DNA of 64,000 nucleotides. Origin: Podarcis filfolensis. Its lineage: Eukaryota. This document shows, piece after piece, positions 9,873 through 22,309 of the stretch (the stretch's first letter is position 1; each line of letters opens with the position of its first letter). The DNA lies in assembly GCA_964270895.1 (NCBI GenBank), contig OZ185452.1, one strand, 5' to 3'. The position numbers were made by a program, and so were the translations under genes. The notes beneath the pieces are model-generated. The model ran no database searches. It saw only the letters and a list, made by a program, of their open reading frames with translations, and was not told the DNA's origin.

Positions 9873-10450
9873 TATTTTTAAACTGGTCTTCCATTTGCTT
9901 AGCACTTTGTGCGGAGAGTACAAGCCCTAATTGTCAGTGGACTTCCCTCTCCTCCTCCTTCCACTGGCCCTACATCTCAGAACGGAAAAATAATAGGCAA
10001 GAGCAAAGCCCCGAGAATTAGCTACGTGTAACAGCACGGCAGCTGCAACCTCTCGCGTGTGAGGCAGATGAGAGCCTCCTTTGGCTGACAAACAGCGGTG
10101 GAGGTTGCAATAGGGAACCGTATAAGAAGCGAAGGGCAAAACGATCACAGGAGACAAAGTAGGTCAGATATTTTTGGGAAGAGAACCACAGAACCAGAGG
10201 CCTGCTCATGGCAGGCCTAGCCCTGACCCAGGACAGGAGATGGAATGCTCAGAGGATGAACCCAACATGGAGAGACACACAACCAAGGACCTTGGGGAGC
10301 CGGCAAGGTCCCCCTGAACCAGCATTGAGTATCCTCTTGAGGGAGTGTGGTTAGAGCGTGGTCTGGGAGGCCACACCATGTAAGGCCTTCCTTTTTAGAC
10401 TCCCAGTTATTGGAAACAACACAAGTCTTTGGCTCCTTGAACCTGAACAC

Positions 10451-10826
10451 AGAAACATAAGAAGGGCCTGTTGGATCTAGCCAATGTCTGAGCTAGTCCA
10501 GCATCCTGTTCCCTGGCCTCCCAGATACCTGTGGGGAAACCTGCAAGCAGGACCTGAGCACAACAGCACTCTCCCCTCCTGTGGCTTCCAGTAACTGGTA
10601 TTCAGAAGCATTACCATTTCTGACCCTTGAGGCAGAGCATAACTATCATGGCTAGTAGACAATGGTAGCCTAATCCTCCATGAAGTTGTCTAATCTATCC
10701 AAGTTGGTGGTCATCACTACCTCCGGTGGGAGCAAGTTCAATAGCTGAGCTATGTGCTGCGTGAAGAAGCGCTTTCTTTTCTCTGTCCTGAATTTTCCTT
10801 CATTCAGCTTCAGTGGATGAAGATAA
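10451..10826 (-). mobile_element. CR1 3' fragment
   Basis: Starts AGAAACATAAGAAGGGCCTGTTGGATC (reverse-complemented tail). Confidence 0.8.
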
Positions 10827-11289
10827 AAGCAAATGTGCTTCATTTGCATGAAAGGTGCAAGGTGTGGGATTCAGCTCTGCAGACTCCAGTGAGATTCACT
10901 GAGAATAAACATATGTGTCAGGCTCACAAAGGGTGCAGAAATTAACATGAAAAATCAGAGCCCAGAAGCCTGTGCTCAGTTAATATCTTTGGAGGCAGCC
11001 TCGCATGGTACACCACAGAGGGTTCTTCCCAGTGCCAAGGACTCAAAGCATTTGGAGAGTTCATACCGTGAGGAGGACAGGGAGACACCATTCCAGGTGC
11101 TGGTGATGCTTTTGGGCCAAGACAAATGTGTTCAGTATGGTACACTAAGAGAAGTGAATACCATCAGGCAAAGGAATACATCGAAGGTTGGGAATCTCAG
11201 ACCTGGGGGCTGAATGTGGTCCTCTACCAGGCCATGTTCCTGCATCAACCCTGCTCCACTCCTTCCTTAGGTGCACAGATGGAGGGAAT

Positions 11290-11460
11290 AGTGCTTCCAA
11301 GTACCAGTTGCTGGAAGCCACAGGAGGGGACAGTGCTCTTGCGACTGGATCCTGATCCAGTGTTTCCCACAGGCATCTGGCTGGCCACTATGAGAACAGG
11401 GTGTTGGACTAGATGGGCCACTGGCCTGATCCAGCAGGGCTTGTCTGATGTTTTTATGCT
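11290..11460 (+). mobile_element. CR1 3' end fragment
   Basis: CAGTTGCTGGAAGCCACAGG...GGCCTGATCCAGCAGGGC. Confidence 0.75.
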
Positions 11461-13193
11461 TTGCATGGCTTGTATGTGCACATAAGCTGTGATAATGCCT
11501 CTAAGCTGCTTGAATGAAGAAAAGGGGTAGGTGTATGCGTGTGCAAAAACCTCTTAACTTTTCCATGGCTATTGTACCAAGGGAAGAGTCACATCCAAAA
11601 TCTCAGAAGCCCACTACACAGCACCTTGGAGCAGGGCTTTTGGTGCAGCTGCCCTTGTCCTGTGAAAAAGCATTCCTGTTGAGATATGGCAGGTGCACAC
11701 TATACTTACCAGAAGCAAATGAAAGCCTTTTTGTTTCAACAACCTTTTCCAGCTGGGTGGAAAGGCATTCACATTGAACTGTTTTAAAACCTATTTTCAA
11801 GTTGCTGTTTTTTTCTGCTTTAAAAACTTTTAAAACTATTTTTTATTTCTCTATAAATCGCCTTGAAGCAGAAATGTAAAAGGCAATTCATAAATTAATC
11901 AATACTCCATTGCTCCACCCACTTTCACCTCTGGTCCCACCCACCAGGGCCATGTGGTTCCCAGAAGACTGCCCACACTGCTTTTCTCAGGCTGAAAGGG
12001 GTTCCCAGCTCCTGGCCTACAAAGCTGTGGTCCATCCAGCCTGAAAATGTATGCTTTTGAGCGTCTCAGGTCTTGCCCAGCCCAGCCCAGCCAACCAATA
12101 TCTTTTGAACCAAAGGCACTGTGGGTTAAACACGGAATCTTCCCCATGCAAAGCAGACCCTGAGACACAACGGCTGGGCTCTGGGACATTCAAGTATCAT
12201 TTGCTTCCTCCCATCTCTTCTATCCTAGGTGGCTAGCAGTGGAACTGAACAGCCGACTCTGTGGTCTAAAGAAGCCCGACCTGCCGAGGCAGTGGGCATC
12301 CACCCTGACTCCAGCTGACATCCAATTGACTACAGGGGATGGGCAACACTCCCTGCTGACAAAGGCATAGGCAGTACGGTGCAGTGGTTCGACATCCGGG
12401 CTGAGGAAACCCAGGTTGTCAAAACCCCTGGACAATTGCCAGAAAAGGAGGCCTCATTGTTCACAAAGTATGACAAAAGAACTTCAGTTAAAAAACAGCA
12501 TTTTGAATTGATATCCATTATTTTTGTCTTCATATATTCCATCTGCTGCAAATCAATGTTAATGCAATATATAGATATAGGAATGCACACGCACACACAT
12601 ATATTACAAACAATGTATTTACTGCAAAAATATGCGCAAACCGGGTAAGAAATGTGCACCTTGCGCCCCCAAAAGGTGACCCTCCCTGGAATGTCTACTC
12701 CCGCCCCCCCCCCCACATACACACTCTCCACCGCTGTCCTATTCCATGCCGTCTCGAGCAGATAAATTGAATGACTAAAGGTTTTGCGTGCCTTAATTTC
12801 TGCTCACTTGTAATGTCAATAATTACCCAGCCAAACCGTTCATTTGTCTAAATCTTGCCAAGCATAAAAGGGAGCTGCCCACACACAGTTTTTCATTGAA
12901 AGGTGACAAAACAACTGCTCCAATCTCAGCTCTGTCCCACTCTCTGGAACGTAGCGCAGGCAGGAACGAAACCTTTTGTGCTTGCAAATTCGCTAGAGAA
13001 AAAAGAGGGGGAGAAGCAGCAGGAAGGGGGCAGGCAGGCGGCCACCTGGGAGGCTGAGGACTAAGACCCCGCCAGTCTCTGCCGCAGGGTGCCCTCACTT
13101 CAGACTCACATTTTACCTCTGGCCTACTGCCGCAATCACCCTGGAAGTGTTTCTGCCCCAGACACAGGAACACAGGAAGCTGCCTTATACTTA

Positions 13194-13519
13194 GGTCACA
13201 TTCACAATGTACTTTAAAAGATCTGTGATACCACTTTAATCAGTCATGGCTTCCCCCAAAGAATCCTGGGAGCTGCAATTTATTAAAGAGCTGTTAGGAG
13301 GCCCCTATTCCCCTCACAAAGCTACAATTCCCAGACTTCTTTATGAAGAAAGAGAGATTGTTCCACCACTCTGGAAATTGTAGCTCTATGAGGGCGATAG
13401 AGGTCTGCTAACAACTCTCAGCTCCCTTAACAAACTACAGCTCCCATAATTCACTGGGGGAAGCCATGACTGTTTAAACTGGTATTATACTGCCTAAAAT
13501 GTATGGTGTTAATGTGGCC
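13194..13519. mobile_element. Complete PIF/Harbinger-like palindromic MITE
   Basis: TIR GGTCACATTCACA / TGTTAATGTGGCC, TTA TSD on both sides, ~140-bp inverted arms. Confidence 0.85.
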
Positions 13520-13545
13520 TTAGTCAGACCCTTGTGTTTCAAGTA

Positions 13546-13786
13546 CAGTGGTACCTTGGTTCACGAACTTAATCCGTTCCGGAAGTCCGTTCTTAAACCA
13601 AAACGTTCTTAAACCAAGGTGTGCTTTCCCATAGCAGCGGGGGACTCAATTTACCCTCAACAGGACGCAAAACATGTTCTGCTTCCAAGGCAAAGTTCAC
13701 AAACCAAAACACCTACTTCCGGGTTTGCAGCGTTCTTAATCCAAGTTGTTCATAAACTAAGCTGTTCTTAAACTAAGGTAGCACTG
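13546..13786. mobile_element. pogo/Tigger-like MITE, second subfamily
   Basis: CAGTGGTACCTTGG / TAAGGTAGCACTG TIRs, TA TSD; different internal sequence from the 4872 type. Confidence 0.85.
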
Positions 13787-14244
13787 TATAGTTTTGCTAC
13801 CAGTCCTTCCTGGAGATACTGGGGATTGAACTGGGATCTTCTGTGTACAAAGCAAGTGCTCAGCCTACATCACTTGTCTGAGATGCTACAGCTTTCCCCT
13901 TCCTTTATCCATAGGAACCAGATATTATCCATAAAACAACATGGTCTGTACATGTTGCACCAACCCTTGCACCAACGGTTGAGGCCTGTGGAGAGTTTTA
14001 AATTTGAGTAAGGAGGTGGTGGGAGTTTGGCAGACTTTGGCATCTGGTAAGTGCTGCTGGTTTTCTAAAGGGTTTTTCAATCGTTTCCAACTGTTTAGAG
14101 GGTGTTTCGAATGTACATAATTTCACTGATGTGTGTGATGCCTTGGAATGTTACCCCCCTGTAAATTTGGGGTTTCCTATATTGTCTTCATCTTTTGTGC
14201 CTTGGTAGTGCCAGCTGCTTTGAGATCTTACTAATGAGATACAT

Positions 14245-14400
14245 TCCCAGCCTGGTGCCCTCCAGATGTTGTTAGACTCCCATCAGCCCCCAGCCAGTAG
14301 GGCCATTTTGGTACGCAACTCCCACCAGTCCTTCCAAGTGTGTCCATTTTGGATTCCAACTGCCCAAAACACCTGGAAGGCACCACACCACCTAAAGCTA
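14245..14400. mobile_element. Short hAT-type MITE, decayed
   Basis: CCCAGCCTGGTGCCCTCCAGATG ... CACCTGGAAGGCACC. Confidence 0.55.
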
Positions 14401-15135
<735 letters not shown>

Positions 15136-16284
15136 GTACACAACATTCACACAGCAGTTTATTCCAATTCCCTGATATTTCCATATCTGCTAATTTCCAG
15201 ATTGTATTTGAGCTTTCCTACAGTGCAAAAGCCGCTTCCAGAATATAGTTCATGTTTAGTGCTCATTTCAGTGTCATGTGATTCTAGAAAATGTCCATTT
15301 GCAGTCCCCCTGACCTAGAAAATAGCAGGAGTGAAGTATACCAGCATATATATTTCTGTTGTGTTGTTTTCATGGGGGAACAGAATCAGGCATGTGCAGA
15401 AGGGGTGGGGGAGCAGTGACATTGTCCACTGATGTTGGTTCTTGTGTCACTTCACGCCCAATGGTGTGAATGAAATTTAGCGTGACATGCTGGTATATCG
15501 GTCAAACAGCCACAGTTCCATCAAACAGCAGGTACAACTGTGCAAAACTAACATTAGAAAACACTAGCATTGTAATCAGGAAGACGTATGCAATATTCCC
15601 CACTTACACCCTAGGTGATTCGGAAGCGGAACTGATGCATTAGGAATTCTCTGTTTCATACCTATATTTCAGACCGATATTTCTTGAGGTGTGGTGCGTG
15701 GGCAGCTTGCTGCAGCTTTGAATTCTTTCAAGTCTTTTCATCTCCACATTAACAACGCACTGAAGAACACTACGAAAAGGGCGGGGGAAGCAATCTTTTT
15801 ATATGTGGTAGGCCGGCTGCATCAAGATTGTTTCAGTGTGATCTTTATCAATGCACATACTGTACATGTAGTCGTATCAGGATTATTTCAAAGGTGTTTG
15901 ACTAAAGTACATTGCTAAAGCTTTATGCAAATGAATCTCCCTTCAATAAAGCCTAGAAATTGCATTTGGGAAGCCCCATCAAGGCTCCCTGTTTTGTTTC
16001 GTTTTCCTGCTGCCACAACAATGAAAAGGACTGTCACACCTGACTTTGTCCCAGGCAGGGAGTCCAAAGGAGACGACCCAGATATCCCACTGACCAATGA
16101 TCCTGAATCCAATGCTGAGGGTGGTACCATGGGATATGGGACCTGGAAGGCAAGGTCATTGTGGACGAGCTCCAGCAGGAAGTGATCAGCAGGGGGAGGT
16201 GGAATGGCCTGCCTGTCTTCCAGTCCTTGAGAGCACCAAAAATTTCGGGTCCAGGCCAAAGAGCCATGACACTGTATGCCAGTA

Positions 16285-16499
16285 TGGATGGAGTTGTGGG
16301 TAGATTGCTGGACTAGTACTAGGAGTCCAGCGCTCAAATCGCCACTCAGCCATGAAGCCCACTGGGTGGCTTTGGGCCAGTCACTGCCTCTCAACCTAGC
16401 CTACCTGAGGGGTTGTTCTGAGGATAAAATGGTGAGGGGGCTAAGTTTGAGCTCTTTGGAGAAAAGGTTAGATATCAATGCAATAATAAATAAAATAAA
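16285..16499 (+). mobile_element. Squam3/MIR-like SINE
   Basis: CACTCAGCCATGAAGCCCACTGGGTGGCTTTGGGCCAGTCAC ... AATAATAAATAAAATAAA tail. Confidence 0.75.
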
Positions 16500-16899
16500 G
16501 ACCCAAGTTGTTGGTGTACTCGCAAGCAAGGGGCCATCCACAAGCAACTAATCCCTGATACTCCTTCATTATCAGCAACTGTGATAAGGGTCCGGTTTAG
16601 GATGCCAGAGTAAATAAGGCCTCCCTCCTGAGGCGTCCAGATGCTGGAAGCAACACAGGTCTCTTTGGCTTCTTGTTCTCTGGCGCCTAGTTCCCAATTC
16701 TAATTCCTCCGTCTTGCTAGGCTGTACTTTACCTTAACTCCCTGCTTGGACCTAGACTGATTTTCAACTTTAGATGTTGGTTTGTTCAGACTTCGCTGTA
16801 CTTGCAACCCTGCCCTCATTGGGGAGTTCTTTAAAGAACGCTTACATTTCCTGTAACTGGGACACGACTTATTTAATTTCATAAAATCTATACACTGCC

Positions 16900-17320
16900 T
16901 GATTATAAGGTGGGGGACACTCAGTGTGGTTTACAAAAAGAATAAACCAGTAAAATTATTTTTAAAATAGCTATTCTGAAAAATAATTAAAACCAGATTT
17001 GAACAGCTGTCAACATTCCACATATTTGGGTGGGCTACATGTTTTTAGCAGGTGCCAAAAAGAGTACAGTGAAGACACCTGTCTGGTGTCAATAGGCAGG
17101 GAGTTCCAAAGGACACTAGCCCCTGAGGGTGCCCCCTACATTGCCACACTGCCTTTCTCTGAGGGGCCATAATGCTTTGGAGCAGCTGCCCTGATAGTCA
17201 GAAGTACATATGGAGATTTACCCACCACTGAGCTTTCAAGCCTGGGAAATCTATGCCAGTTGAATCCCTGCCTGGTATGCAGCTGTTGAAAACAGAACTA
17301 CAAAAAAAAGAGGTGGCAAC
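16900..17320 (-). mobile_element. L2 LINE 3' fragment, decayed
   Basis: GGCAGGGAGTTCCAAAG and related L2-like 3' ORF2 remnants on the minus strand. Confidence 0.5.
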
Positions 17321-17334
17321 TTCAGTCTCTAGAA

Positions 17335-17490
17335 AAGCCTCCCCCAAACTGCTGCCCTTAGACATTTTGGATCAGCACTCACATTAGCCCCAGCCAGCAG
17401 AATCATGCTCCCCACATCTGCACCATCATACAGCTGTGCTGTCTGGGAGTGGTAGTGCAAAGCATCTGAAGCTCACCAGGTTGGGGAAAG
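17335..17490. mobile_element. Short hAT-type MITE
   Basis: AGCCTCCCCCAAACTG ... CCAGGTTGGGGAAAGC inverted ends. Confidence 0.6.
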
Positions 17491-17588
17491 CCAATCCAAA
17501 GGCAACACACAAACATACTAATCAGCAGGAGAATTACTCATACACAGCCATGACACTGGGGGCATGCATGCTCCTGTGCCAAAATCTT

Positions 17589-17612
17589 TGTGTGTGTGTG
17601 TGTGTGTGTGTG
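17589..17612. repeat. (GT)n microsatellite
   Basis: About 12 perfect TG units. Confidence 0.95.
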
Positions 17613-17744
17613 TTTTTAAGGTAATGCAATGTTAAGGCCTACACAGACACCTTGAGAGTAAAAATCTGGATTGCAAATGCCCCCCCATCACAGGAAGTCT
17701 TTCCACCCCCATCTTCAAACCCTACTCAAGTATCAACCAATCAA

Positions 17745-19050
17745 AGTTTATCGTTCTAGCCAAAGGCCTTGCACAACAAACCAGCAACAATACCAATAAA
17801 AAATACATCCATAATATGAGCCAACTTCCATGATGTGAGAGGTTACCAGAGACACCAACAAACTCAAATCTAGCTCGATTTCAAATTAAACCTCCAAATC
17901 ACCACAAAAATTTATAGTGATTTTATCTAACTCATTTTTCCTGATTGATTGATTGATTGATTTTTGCAGCCAGTGCATGGAGGGCCACTCTGTGTTACAA
18001 AACTATGATTGTCACTCAAAAGAAACCAAACCGTCACCTGGAAACGCAGCTCAATAAAGGCGTTTCTTAAGGAAGCTGGTGAGAGTTAGGTCAGATAACT
18101 AGCTCTAAAATACTCTGTTCTCAAGAGTGGATTCAAAGGGGGAAATCTGGTATTTTTAATTAGTTGCAGGTCCTTTCTGGATTCTATATAGAAGAGCCAA
18201 TCCCTTAGTTGACACTTATTCAAGGTCAAAGCAGAACTCATTTCTGGAAAATAATAATAGGCTAAAACATCTTGACAAGCTGCTTTCCAGAGTTGGTTTT
18301 CATCCAATTCCATATAGCACAGAGCAGGAAAATGCTCAATAGGCATCATAGCAATTTTTAAAATACTGTATACTTTAATTGAGCACAGCCCACTCTTGTC
18401 TCAGTTGTTGGCCACCTGGATTCTGTACAAAGAAGAGCTACTGAAATTCTTGATGGTAGAGAGGATAGCTTCTGAAAAAAAGTATTCTGCAGTTTCTAAA
18501 ATCTGAATGGAATTTGAATCAGAGCCCCGGATTTCGACAACATATACTAGCTTTTGGAAAAGCACTCTGCTACCAAATATTTTTAGGGCAGGTTCAACCT
18601 GCTGCCCTCCCCTACTGTAACAGAACTTCATCAATGCCCCTATGGTTTTCTATGCTTTGACTTTGACTGCCTCCAAACTGTGTGTTGCGACACATTAGTG
18701 TGTCGGCTGACGTATGTGTGTCGTGCGAATGCTCCCTGTGCTCCTCCAAGGGCTGGAAAGGGTTAGTTTAACCACGTTTGCTAGTAAAATTGAATTACTG
18801 TGTTGCAAAATGATGCATGTTTAAAAGTGTGTCACCAACAGGAAAGTTTGGAAAGCTCTGCATTAAAAAGTACACCCAAGTATCTACTGGTAAATGAGTG
18901 AGTTTGTTCAATAGCCTGATGATCCAAGTACCATATACACCTAGGACTGGGTCTGCCAAAATTCACAATCTTAGTCTTAGAGTAATATATAGATAGGCTT
19001 TCCTGTTTACAGTATGTGCTGAACACTTCTAAGAGATTTTTGAGGCCCAA
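17745..19050 (-). mobile_element. Old non-LTR retrotransposon 3' portion (RTE-X-like; clade uncertain)
   Basis: Frameshifted RT-end and downstream remnants: GLKNLLEVFSTYCKQESLSIYYSKTKIVNFGR...YLGVLF, then FCYSRGGQQVEPALKIF...LVYVVEIRG, then LCYMELD...YLT. Confidence 0.7.
18664..18860. mobile_element. hAT-type MITE inside the LINE
   Basis: CCAAACTGTGTGTTGCGACAC ... AAAGTTTGGAAAGCTCTG; interrupts the LINE reading frame; no clear TSD. Confidence 0.65.
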
Positions 19051-19945
19051 TCAGGAAAGAAAGAGAAGCACTAAATCATCTGCATACATAAAGGTTGAAA
19101 TATTTCTGTTTCTAATTACTGGAGAAGGGGAGATTGCATTGGCTAAATATGGTGTCAAATCATCAATATAAAAGTTAAAAAGAGAGCAAGAGCACAGCCT
19201 TGCTTTACTCCTCATGACTCCTCCTCAAGTAGCCTTGCTGCATTCACATCCTGAATGTCTGGAACGTAAGAAGAGTTTGTTGGATCAGGTTGATGGCCCA
19301 TCTAATCTCGCAGTGGTCAAATAGATGACTGTGGAAAACCAGCACCATAACTTGCTGCAGGGATGAATTTGGGATTCATTGGGGCAGCCAGGGCTGCTTG
19401 AGTCCGGACACCCAAGCACCCACCCCCAAAAGGCAGTATGCATGACATTTCTTCCAGTCCTATGGGCCCAGCTGTCTGCTGCATGTAGATGCTGCTTTCG
19501 GAGTATAAAAGAGAGGCCCTGGTATTTCTGTGAACTCCAAGGCAATGGAGTCTGCAGAGTGGGGGAAGGGGAGGAAGAGAGGAGGGGAGAGATTCTGTAG
19601 TGCTGAGGAGGAGACAGATGGAAGCTCAGCTGGGGACTCGGGTGAAATTTATTTTCCCTTTGATTCCAGGCTACGTGGCTTCCAATAGTGAGAACAGCCT
19701 GTGTGTTTTCGTAGCATCTGCCTGCTGAGGATCTCAAAGAATTTGGTTGATAGGGGAAAAGTGAAAGATACGGCACACACGAGCAACCAGAGAAAGCAGG
19801 TGGGCCAGTCTCCTGCTCCACATTGCAGAGGCTGAAACCAAACCAGCAGCAAATCAAGTGTTAAAGCCAGGCAGTCCCACTTCAGGATGGGAGGCGACGG
19901 AGATGGTATGCTCACAGACATACAGGCTCCTCTTCTCACAAAGAC

Positions 19946-20263
19946 CAGAGTCTCCCAAACTGGGCAGTACCATTGGGGGGGGCTGGGGCTGGGATTCCCT
20001 AAGGGGGTGCTAAGAGACTTTAAAGAGCTGGTGTCACTGGCTCAAGTTTGTCAATTGTGCTGAATTAATTAAACTAAATAGTTTTAATTGGATTTTGAAT
20101 AAATGTGCAATGCATTGTTACTGTTTTGAATTTTATTGCAGTGTTATCTTCCTTAGGGGACCATGAAAGCCGTTATACTGGATAATGTTTTTAATAGGGT
20201 AAGGTAGGAGGCACTGGGGATGAGTGGAGGAGGAGCAGGCGCCAAAAGGTTTGGGAACCACTA
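19946..20263. mobile_element. hAT non-autonomous element
   Basis: TIRs CAGAGTCTCCCAAACT / AGGTTTGGGAACCACTA; degenerate 8-bp TSD ACAAAGAC / ACATGGAC. Confidence 0.7.
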
Positions 20264-20986
20264 ACATGGACTATCAAGGAAGAAGGCTCAGATGAACACT
20301 TTCCCCATATATGCTAGTTTGCACCATGAAGAGAAGGTTTTGGTTTGAGGGTTTCTTTGGGGGCGAGGGCAGGAGAAGAGACATTCTTATGTCTAATCCC
20401 CAGCTTGCAGGTGAAAGTACATACAGCTCAGTTTTAATAACTTTATCCAATACAATGACTGAAAACACTGGGCACCCCTGTCCCCCAAAATCTTTTAATT
20501 GTGCATTCTTGATTATTTGTGCTTGTGGCAGTACTGTGACAGTTATAGACAAACCACCTCTAATGCTCTTTGCACCTGCAGGACCTTTGAGGTGGACACA
20601 CAGCAGGCTCTTCTTATATTCACAACAACAACAACGTGCGGTAGGTTAGACTGACAGACATTATAATAGTGGGATTTACTTGCATAAAATGTGCATTTTA
20701 GGCAAAATTGCATGCGCAAATGTTTATATTAGGTGAAATGCACACAAAAATGCTGAGGGCTTAAAAAAAAAAAGGAAGTTGATTTTGGAAATGGAAAAAT
20801 GAGAGAAACTGAAATTGATAAGATTTGTTCATCCAAGCAGCAGAATAAGACTGGTTGTCTCAGGTCACCTGATCCCATGTCCAGAAGCATTCTGGGCGGA
20901 ACTGGCAAGAAGCTGTCCTGGTGAATCCCCAGAGTGCCTTGCAAGACCCACCCAGAGCCTCCCACTCCCCCTGAAAGTGCTTAAAC

Positions 20987-21228
20987 CATGAGTAGGCAAA
21001 CTAAGGCCTGGGCGCTGGATCCGACCCAATCGCCTTCTAAATCCAGCCTGTGGACGGTCCAGGAATCAGCGTGTTTTTACATGAGTCTCCTTTTATTTAA
21101 ATTGCATTTCTGGGTTATTTGTGGGGCATAGGAATATGTTCATTTGCCCCAAAAAATATAGTCTGCCCCCCCACAAGGTCTGAGGGACAGTGGACCAGCC
21201 CCCTGCTAAAAAAGTTTGCTGACCCCTG
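20987..21228. mobile_element. hAT (Charlie-like) MITE
   Basis: CATGAGTAGGCAAAC / GTTTGCTGACCCCTG; TSD GCTTAAAC / GGTTAAAC. Confidence 0.85.
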
Positions 21229-21759
21229 GGTTAAACAGTCAGATTAAAGCCCCGTCCCAGACGCTTCTCTAACCCTGCCTGTGAATTTTTCCTTATTGCC
21301 CATCACATGCAGAGGGGGGGGGGCACCCTTCCCAGCGCTGTCCTTTGGCAATGTCACTTCCCCACCAGTTCTCAGCTGGACGGATCCTGCCTCCCGCTTT
21401 GGCTCCTGACAAATGGAGACAGGCTTGGCTGCCCTTCTCTCCTGCTGAAGCCACTTGATCCATGACAGGATGCCCCTGAACACGCCACTGCAGAGGGCAG
21501 GCAAGCTGAAACCTGAGACGCCTCAGAGGATTCACTCCTTACCAGGCTCTCTGCCTGTGTGTCAAGGTGGGGCGAAGGGATAGGAGAAGCAAAGGGAGAA
21601 GCAGAGAAAACAACCAAAAGGTCCAAGGAATTAATTCCGGCTTGCCAATGCTGTTGTAGACATCTTGTCCAAAGAATTGGTCTTGTATATGACCGTGGCA
21701 GCTCGAATAGTAATTGCAACTCAATGGGAAACAGCCAAAAAATCTTACACTGAACTTTT

Positions 21760-22170
21760 TGGTACCACTCACTCTGGAATACAGCTATAATGGAAAAAAT
21801 GGCACATAATTTGAGATTTTGACAAGGATGAGAACCTCCAGAAACCTTTCATACGATTTGGCATTCCTTTACTACGTATAAAGCGGGACAACCTTTGTCA
21901 CAAGTCTGGCAAATCTGTACTTGATAATCAAATGCTCTTTCTTTTTGTGAAGACATTTATTCTTTCTTCTTTCTTCTATGACTTAGATTTTTTTTTTGTT
22001 ACTTTAAACCATCTGTAACTGTACTTATTTTTAAGTGCCTATTTTAAAGTTTTGCTTTTCGTCTTTTAATTTTCATCTATTGTTGCTACTGTTCTCTCTG
22101 TTTTATATACATTATACAACGGGGGGGGGAATATTTAAAACAAAACAAAACCCTGCTACAGAAAAAAAAG
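21760..22170 (+). mobile_element. L1-type LINE 3' end
   Basis: ORF2-end-like AIMEKMAHNL, T-rich 3' UTR; homologous to 25500-25770 (shared GTCACAAG..TGGCAAATCTG, TTTTAATTT..ATCT..TGTTG). Confidence 0.55.
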
Positions 22171-22309
22171 TGGGTTGAAGGGGGGATATAGCAGAGGTGT
22201 ATAGAATTAGATATGGAGTGGAAGAAGAGGTTTCCTCACTCTCACATAGTACTAGAATCCAGTGCAGTGCTCTAAAGCCGTTGTGTATCCAAATATTCTG
22301 GACAGACAA

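Larger units (their letters stand above)
13162..13870 (-). mobile_element. tRNA-derived SINE (Squam2-like) split by two MITEs
   Basis: Tail AGGAACACAGGAAGCTGCCTTATACT at 13166-13192, middle GTCAGACCC at ~13523, head GGGGATTGAACTGGGATC at ~13822; colinear with copies at 24788 and 30043. Confidence 0.65.

Noticed and set aside
16032-16271. Solo LTR suggested by TGTCA...TGACA termini
   Set aside because: Flanks (AGGAC versus CTGTA) are not duplicated, and no poly(A) signal or internal retroviral sequence is evident; only a database search could rescue it.
16509-16850. Second possible solo LTR (TG...CA)
   Set aside because: No TSD and no second copy in the window.
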